From assembly GCA_964566495.1 (NCBI GenBank), contig CAZMIT010000001.1:1-56582 (forward strand): DNA of 56,582 nucleotides, written 5' to 3'. The position numbers and the translations under genes are program-made. Of the stretch, positions 50,996 through 56,582 are shown in pieces. Numbering within the stretch: the first letter of the stretch is position 1; every line of letters starts with the position of its first letter. The DNA is from an uncultured bacterium (lineage in GTDB: Bacteria > T1Sed10-126). Below the pieces are notes generated by a model, which saw only the letters and a program-made list of their open reading frames with translations, did no database searches and was not told where the DNA came from.

Positions 50996-53599
50996 TTACT
51001 CCTCAAATTTCATCGAAAATTGCAGTACAAAAGGACGCATATCCAATTCATCCTCACCAACCACAAAGCTCTCCCTGTCCCACTCCAGACCAATTTCTTC
51101 CTCTACATAATCCAGCTCTTCTATCCAGTTACGAATTGTTGTTATATCCTCATACTCATCAGTAACCCCTTCAATAGTTAGTTCGCCCCTGGAGTAGCGA
51201 AAAGAATCAAACCAGGTGTGACTGCCCATCTCCAGACCTTCATGCGGGTCAGTCAACATACTTAACTGGAGCAGAAAATCTAAGATCCTTGCCCTTTCCT
51301 GTTCTAATTCCTCAATAACCCTGAGCCGCTGAGCAATACGATCGCGATCGCTTTCCAGTTCGTCTTTGCGGTTAATAATCGGTTCAAGCTCTCCGTATAC
51401 TTCAAGCGACTGTTCATAAACCTGCCGCCGATTTTCATACTGCAAGTATGCAGTCGCCGCTAACATAAGAACAAAAACTGCCGCCAGCGCTCCGAGAACA
51501 GATAGTTTTTTCTTTCTTTCCCGGGCCTGCCGCTGCTGAATAAATTCTTCCGGCACCAGGTTGAAGTCAAGTACCGAAAGCTCCTCAATTGAACGTAGTT
51601 GAAGCCCTGCCACTACTAAATTTTCCAGTTTTTTCTCCTCTTCAACCCCCTCGATTGCTTCAGATACTTTCAGCCGCCGGACGGGATAGTCAAGACTGTT
51701 GGAAATAAATTCCGGTAAGTTCTTTAGTTTCGCCGTGCCACCGGCGAGAATAATTTCCTCTATTTCACCGCCCCCTAACTCAGAACTAAAATAATCAAAA
51801 GTATGTCTTAACTCTCCCACTAACCTGTCTATCTTTGGTTTAATTGCCTCCCCCACTGCTTTTGCCTTTTCTTCGTCTTCCGACTCCCCCGGGGCCTCTT
51901 CGGCGGCCGCCGCCCCCAGACTCAAACCTCCCCCCATCAGCTCATCCTCATCGTCATCATCCTCTTCTTCCTCCTCTTCGTCGCCCCCTAACATTCCTCC
52001 CCCCAGGTCCAGGCCGTCCCCCTCTTCTTTTGCTTCAGCCTCTTCTCCCGGCGCTTCCGTTTCCGCTTCGTCTTCCTCCGATTCCTCCTCTGCTGACGGT
52101 TTCCTGGGTTGTCCCAGTTCCGGAGTTTCTTTGTCCCCCTCGTCTTCTTCCTCGTCCAGTTGCGCCGTATCAAGTTTGAGCTCATCCGCATCCTCGGGCG
52201 GCTTCGGGGGCTCTGTTTCTTCCTCTTGCTCCGCTTCTGATTGTTCGGCCTCTTTCGATTTTGTTTCTTCCTCGTCCGGGGCGGGCGGCTCTACTTCCGC
52301 CTTTTCAGACTCGGTTTCTGTTTCGTCAACCTCACTTTTTGAAGGTTCCCGCGCTGTCCCCAGGCTTAGCCCCTCAAGCCCCCCAGCCTCCTCGTCTTCC
52401 TCCTCTTCTTCCTCTTCTCCCGCCGCAGTTTCTTTTTCTGTAGCCACGTCCTCTTCAGTTGAAGTTTCTGCTTCTTCATCCGTTGGCGGCTCCGGCGGCG
52501 CAGGCGGCGATTCCTCTTTTTCAGCTTCATCCCCTTCGGGTTCTCCTTCAGTGGGGGACGCCGGCGCTCCAAGTTCTAAATCTCCCAGCCCTCCCTCTTC
52601 CTCAGTGGCAGCTTCTTCTTCATCAGCCGGCGCTGGCGGCGGTTCCTCTTCTCCGGATGGAGGCGGTGGCGCTTCTTCTGCCCCTTCTTTCTCTTCTTCT
52701 GCTGCTCCTGGCGGTGGGGGCGGTTCCTCTTCCTCAGGCGGCGCTGGGGCTTCTTCAGACTCTTCTTCTCCTTCTTCTCGCTCGGCGGCCATTTGCTCCA
52801 GAGCGTCCATCCCTGAAGTTCCCGGCGTTTCCTCAGTCGGTTCACCTTCAAGTGGTACGTGACCCAGTTCATGTTTCAGCCGCCGCGCTTCTGCAGCCTC
52901 CACTTCCAGTTTCTTTTCTATCGCCTGGTCAAGGGAACCACCGGCAACTGATGCTGAACGAGCAAAATATAGCGTCTCCCCCTCAAAAACCATTATGTCC
53001 GTATTCCCGTGGCCAATGTCAACAAGCGCCCTCGGCTTGGCATCATCCCCGTTGCCACCACGACCCCACATGTGCGTGTATAAGTTAAATAGCGAAAATA
53101 CAGTAACGTCTACAACTTCAGGAGATAAACCTGAGCGGTGAATTATTTCCAGGTGATTGTTCAAATTGTCCTCTTTTATAGCGGCAAGAATAATCTCATA
53201 ACCGTCTTCAGAGCTGGAAATAACATGGTGGTCCATCACAACCTGGTCGAGTGGAAAAGGAATGTGGCTCTCGGCTTCGTAACCGATCACCTTGGCCATC
53301 CGCTCCTCCGGCATGGAAGGCAGTTCCATCCGCCGAATAATCACGTCGTTGGCAGGCAGGGCAAGCAATACTTTTTGTTTCTCGGATATACTGTTTCTAT
53401 CAATTATTTCTGTTAAGGCTTCGATACACCCGTCCACGTATTCTTCGGAGGGAACGTCAAGGAGAGATTCATCATCTACAAGGGAGAACTGAACGGTCTC
53501 GTCGGAAACCGTCGCCTTACCGGCTTTTAGCGCCGAAGCACCAAAGTCTATGGCAAGGTAGTCACCGCCGCCGCCAAATCCAAACAAACCCATCGTCAC
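50996..53599 (-). CDS. pilM: PilM-PilN fusion protein with a polyacidic insertion of about 330 aa
   Basis: The actin-like ATPase motifs are 'YLAIDFGASALKA', 'ALVDIGHGNTDIMVF' and 'IILAGGTAKLKNLPEFIS'. A PilN module follows ('DFNLVPEEFIQQRQARERKKK' plus a TM segment). An E/P-rich low-complexity block covers aa 248-578. Confidence 0.8.
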   Translation of the reverse strand: MTMGLFGFGGGGDYLAIDFGASALKAGKATVSDETVQFSLVDDESLLDVPSEEYVDGCIEALTEIIDRNSISEKQKVLLALPANDVIIRRMELPSMPEERMAKVIGYEAESHIPFPLDQVVMDHHVISSSEDGYEIILAAIKEDNLNNHLEIIHRSGLSPEVVDVTVFSLFNLYTHMWGRGGNGDDAKPRALVDIGHGNTDIMVFEGETLYFARSASVAGGSLDQAIEKKLEVEAAEARRLKHELGHVPLEGEPTEETPGTSGMDALEQMAAEREEGEEESEEAPAPPEEEEPPPPPGAAEEEKEGAEEAPPPPSGEEEPPPAPADEEEAATEEEGGLGDLELGAPASPTEGEPEGDEAEKEESPPAPPEPPTDEEAETSTEEDVATEKETAAGEEEEEEEDEEAGGLEGLSLGTAREPSKSEVDETETESEKAEVEPPAPDEEETKSKEAEQSEAEQEEETEPPKPPEDADELKLDTAQLDEEEDEGDKETPELGQPRKPSAEEESEEDEAETEAPGEEAEAKEEGDGLDLGGGMLGGDEEEEEEDDDDEDELMGGGLSLGAAAAEEAPGESEDEEKAKAVGEAIKPKIDRLVGELRHTFDYFSSELGGGEIEEIILAGGTAKLKNLPEFISNSLDYPVRRLKVSEAIEGVEEEKKLENLVVAGLQLRSIEELSVLDFNLVPEEFIQQRQARERKKKLSVLGALAAVFVLMLAATAYLQYENRRQVYEQSLEVYGELEPIINRKDELESDRDRIAQRLRVIEELEQERARILDFLLQLSMLTDPHEGLEMGSHTWFDSFRYSRGELTIEGVTDEYEDITTIRNWIEELDYVEEEIGLEWDRESFVVGEDELDMRPFVLQFSMKFEE

Positions 53600-53792
53600 A
53601 ACTCCTGGTTAGTGTCGGGTAAAACGTTATAATAGCTTTTCCTGGTATATCTATTAGTGTATTTGATTGATAGGTTGCTCAATTAATTAGAATAATTACG
53701 CTACAACAGTGATTTTCTTCATCCAGAACAAATAATCTTAAACTTTCATTTATTACTTTCCGATATATTTACAAAAAAGTCAAGAAATTTCT

Positions 53793-55151
53793 CTACTCTG
53801 CAGGATTATTTTCCAGTTTATAGTGTAAACTTTGACGTGATATCCCCAGCCGGCGGGCCGCTTCGGACTTGTTCCCGTCGCACTCTCTAAGCACTGACTC
53901 TATTATCTTTGTCTCCAGATTGTTCAAAATTTGTGGCAACTCATCGCCATACTTTTGCCAGTTGATGCTTTCAACCTCCTCCCCAGCCGGTTCGGGGCCA
54001 GGTGCTTGCAGTTCGGCAGGCAGATCAGACAATTTTATTTCCTCGCCCGTCGTTAAAACTATAACTCGCTCCAGAATGTTTCGCAACTCCCGAACGTTAC
54101 CCGGCCAGCGATAGCTTTTCATTGCCTCCAGTGCCGCCTCGCTAAAATTGTCAGAATTAACATCCCAGGCCTCAACCTGTGCGAAATAATCAATTAACTC
54201 CGGTATATCTTCGCGATGATTGCGTAGCGGAGGGGCCGTAATTTTAATTGTGTTTACCCGGTAGAAAAGATCTCGTCTGAACTCATCCGCCTTAACAAGT
54301 TCGGAAAGCTGCCGGTTAGTCGCCGCTACCAGGCGAACATCTACCTCTTTTTTTACCTCGCCGCCTAACCTGGACAAATTCCCCTGCTCCAGCACCCGCA
54401 ACAGCTTTGGCTGCAGCTCCAATGCCAGCTCACCAATTTCATCAAGAAAAAGCGTCCCACCATCTGCCAGTTCTATTTTACCCTTTTTTGTCTCATCGGC
54501 TCCGGTGAACGCTCCTTTCTCGTGCCCAAACAGCTCGCTTTCTAACAGCTCCGCCGGAATAGCAGCACAATTTATCGCCATAAAAGGAGCACCAAAACGG
54601 GGGCCTCGACTGTGGATGGCGCGGGCAATCAACTCTTTACCTGTCCCTGTTTCTCCTTCGATTAAAACGTTGGAAGACTCCGGCGCCACTTTGTCAATTA
54701 AATCTTGCACTTCCCGCATCGCTTCTGAATCGCCAACAAGTTTCTCCTCCTCGAGCAGTGAACGCTGACTCTCACGCAAACCTTCGAGCTGATTTGCACG
54801 TTTCAATTCCTCGGCAATTCGATCCACTATAATCTGTATTTCATCGCCGCCAACCGGCTTCTCAAGATAATCCCACGCCCCCTGTTTCATTGCCTCCACG
54901 GCAGTATCAATACTGCCGTGACCGGTAATGACAATAACGGGTAGCTCAGCCGATAGTTCGCGGACTCGCTCGAGCAGTTCTAAACCACCCACCTCGGGCA
55001 TCCGCAGATCAGTTATCAGACAGTCTACCCGCGACTGCTCGACCCACTCCAGGGCCATCTCGGGACTGTCGGTAACTTTCGTCTCTTGCTCCACCTTGTC
55101 GGCCAGCAACTCAGCCAGCGATAAGTCGTCATCAACTATTCCCACACGCAC
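53793..55151 (-). CDS. Sigma-54-dependent response regulator (NtrC/PilR family)
   Basis: It has a receiver domain, an AAA+ domain ('GETGTGKELIARAIH', 'ESELFGHEKGAFTGA') and a C-terminal Fis-type HTH ('NKSEAARRLGISRQSLHYKL'). The start codon is GTG. Confidence 0.9.
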   Translation of the reverse strand: MRVGIVDDDLSLAELLADKVEQETKVTDSPEMALEWVEQSRVDCLITDLRMPEVGGLELLERVRELSAELPVIVITGHGSIDTAVEAMKQGAWDYLEKPVGGDEIQIIVDRIAEELKRANQLEGLRESQRSLLEEEKLVGDSEAMREVQDLIDKVAPESSNVLIEGETGTGKELIARAIHSRGPRFGAPFMAINCAAIPAELLESELFGHEKGAFTGADETKKGKIELADGGTLFLDEIGELALELQPKLLRVLEQGNLSRLGGEVKKEVDVRLVAATNRQLSELVKADEFRRDLFYRVNTIKITAPPLRNHREDIPELIDYFAQVEAWDVNSDNFSEAALEAMKSYRWPGNVRELRNILERVIVLTTGEEIKLSDLPAELQAPGPEPAGEEVESINWQKYGDELPQILNNLETKIIESVLRECDGNKSEAARRLGISRQSLHYKLENNPAE

Positions 55152-55292
55152 AACATTTCACCACGCAATCATTTCCAGGTTTGACCTCCCGGTCGGCATT
55201 CCGGCCACCAACCCGCAAAACACCAGCTAAAAGCTCAAAGCCAAAAGCTGAAAGCTAATTCAAATTCATCAAGTGCTCATAATCTTGTTCAT

Positions 55293-55336
55293 GTTCTTGA
55301 ACTTGACGTCATCCCGGCCTTCGAGCCGGGATCCAT
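55293..55336 (+). repeat. REP-like hairpin element (44 nt), copy A, between kinase and regulator genes
   Basis: The sequence is 'gttcttgaacttgacgtcatcccggccttcgagccgggatccat'. Confidence 0.8.
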
Positions 55337-55431
55337 CTTGAACTTGACCTTGATTTTCGGTCTTTCGCCTCTTCGCCTCTTCGCAAGCTCGCCTGCTCGA
55401 GTCTTTGCGCCTCTTCGTCTTTGCGTTTCCC

Positions 55432-55475
55432 GTTCTTGAACTTGACGTCATTCCGGCCTCCGAGCCGGAATCCAT
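55432..55475 (+). repeat. REP-like hairpin element (44 nt), copy B
   Basis: The sequence is 'gttcttgaacttgacgtcattccggcctccgagccggaatccat'. It differs from copy A by a compensatory stem change (c/g to t/a) plus one loop change. Confidence 0.8.
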
Positions 55476-55619
55476 GTTTACGGTCTACGGTTTTCCGCAC
55501 TTGACTTCGCCTCATCTCCTAATCTCCTCATCACGAACTTCTCTCTTGATTCTCACGAATTTTCGCCTCTTCGCCTGCTCGCAGGTTCGCCTCTTCGAGC
55601 ACTCCCGCCCCCCACGCTC

Positions 55620-56474
55620 TCACACACAAGGTATCGTCAGCGTAACACGGGACCCCTCCTCCGGTTCTGACTCGACCATCATCCTTCCCCGGTGGTTACG
55701 ACAGATTTTTTTGGTCAACGCCAAACCAAGCCCCATGCCGTAATGCTCATCCGGTGCTGCTTTCCCGTTTATCACCCGGGCCAGCCCCGGCTCCATGCCA
55801 CCGGCCTGGTCCTCAACACTTATACAGATTTCCGGTCCAAGTTTTCTACAATGCAACAGTATCTTCCCCTCACGACCGCTGCGCTCATAAGCCTCGACGC
55901 TATTATCAATCAAATTCTGTAGAGCAATTTTCAACTGCTGCGTATCGACCTGTAACCAGGAAATTCCAGCTCGCGTGACAATTTTAAAATTACTCTCCTG
56001 GCCCTGGTATAACTCGGAAAGAAAACGTGGCAAAGGTTGCCAGCGACTCTCAAACTGCTGCGCCTGAAATATCTTTTCAACCTTTTTTATCGTCTCGGTA
56101 AGTTGATCCAACTCAGCCGGTATTTCACCAAGTTCTTCTTTATCCCCCTCTTCCTCTAACCGCAAGCGCAGCCGGGAAATAGGCTTGCGCAACTCGTGCA
56201 CGACCATCCCCACCGTCTCACCGGCGGAAAGGACTTTTTCATCTCTTTGTAAGGCAGGTTCCCGCAAGTCAGGTTCTTCTGTTTCTAAACGACCGGTTTT
56301 ACTCCAGAAAATAAAACTAAAAAATACAAGCAGGACAAGTAAAATTCCCTGCAGGATAAACCACAACGGCAAGGCCAGCGGCAGCTCCGGCCGCAGCACC
56401 GGCAACAGCGCTTGTAGCAGAAAAATAAAGTAAACAACTACAAGAAAACCACCCTTAACGTATGCCTCTCCCAC
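55620..56474 (-). CDS. Sensor histidine kinase
   Basis: There are two N-terminal TM segments. The H-box is 'VVHELRKPISRL' and the HATPase G-boxes include 'GMGLGLALTKKI'. Confidence 0.8.
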   Translation of the reverse strand: MGEAYVKGGFLVVVYFIFLLQALLPVLRPELPLALPLWFILQGILLVLLVFFSFIFWSKTGRLETEEPDLREPALQRDEKVLSAGETVGMVVHELRKPISRLRLRLEEEGDKEELGEIPAELDQLTETIKKVEKIFQAQQFESRWQPLPRFLSELYQGQESNFKIVTRAGISWLQVDTQQLKIALQNLIDNSVEAYERSGREGKILLHCRKLGPEICISVEDQAGGMEPGLARVINGKAAPDEHYGMGLGLALTKKICRNHRGRMMVESEPEEGSRVTLTIPCV

Positions 56475-56582
56475 TTCTATCTCGGCCTCCTTTTATCTGC
56501 TATTTCTTCGTAAGTAACCATTTTTAATTTCACTTCTTTTTAACCGAATACTTAGCCCGGATAATGCACGACAGCATACCTG

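Noticed and set aside
52131-52862. A 243-aa Ser/Gly-rich plus-strand ORF, with neighbours at 51844-52179 and 52459-53088.
   Set aside because: It lies antisense to the GAA/GAG-rich polyacidic block of pilMN. The open frame is a by-product of low-complexity codon repeats, not an independent gene.

Overview
This 56.6-kb window is bacterial chromosome, almost entirely coding, with about 40 of 44 genes on the minus strand. All calls come from reading motifs by eye; no database search was possible.

Gene content from left to right:
- Flagellar basal-body block flgB-flgC-fliE-fliF-fliG, preceded by dprA and a XerC/D-type recombinase (a Firmicutes-like arrangement).
- TPR lipoprotein, hflK/hflC, secD/secF and an alpha-glucan phosphorylase.
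- A probable operon: small membrane protein, panB, panC, an orphan E2 acyltransferase, a PriS-like archaeo-eukaryotic-type primase (AEP) and an endonuclease-IV-like TIM barrel.
- gdh, a PilZ protein, purH-purB, a 2H phosphoesterase, and a UvrD-like helicase with two flavoenzymes.
- A roughly 20-kb DNA-uptake / type IV pilus supercluster: two multi-domain ComEA paralogs, a stand-alone ComEC-type metallo-beta-lactamase, ComEC, ndk, a GAF membrane protein, a 1613-aa PilQ secretin, a 1008-aa Ig-repeat protein, PilP-like, PilO and a PilM-PilN fusion.
- A sigma-54-type response regulator and a histidine kinase.

Proteins are strikingly rich in D and E, which suggests a halophile. No rRNA, tRNA, CRISPR array or obvious prophage or transposon was seen. 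Intergenic spaces carry two families of small palindromic repeats.

Most interesting candidates:
- The bacterial PriS/PriL-CTD-like primase next to an Nfo-like nuclease.
- The atypical competence machine: a secretin with ComEA-like C-terminal domains and about 8 N-domains, a degenerate ComEC nuclease domain with a split paralog, and a polyacidic PilMN fusion.
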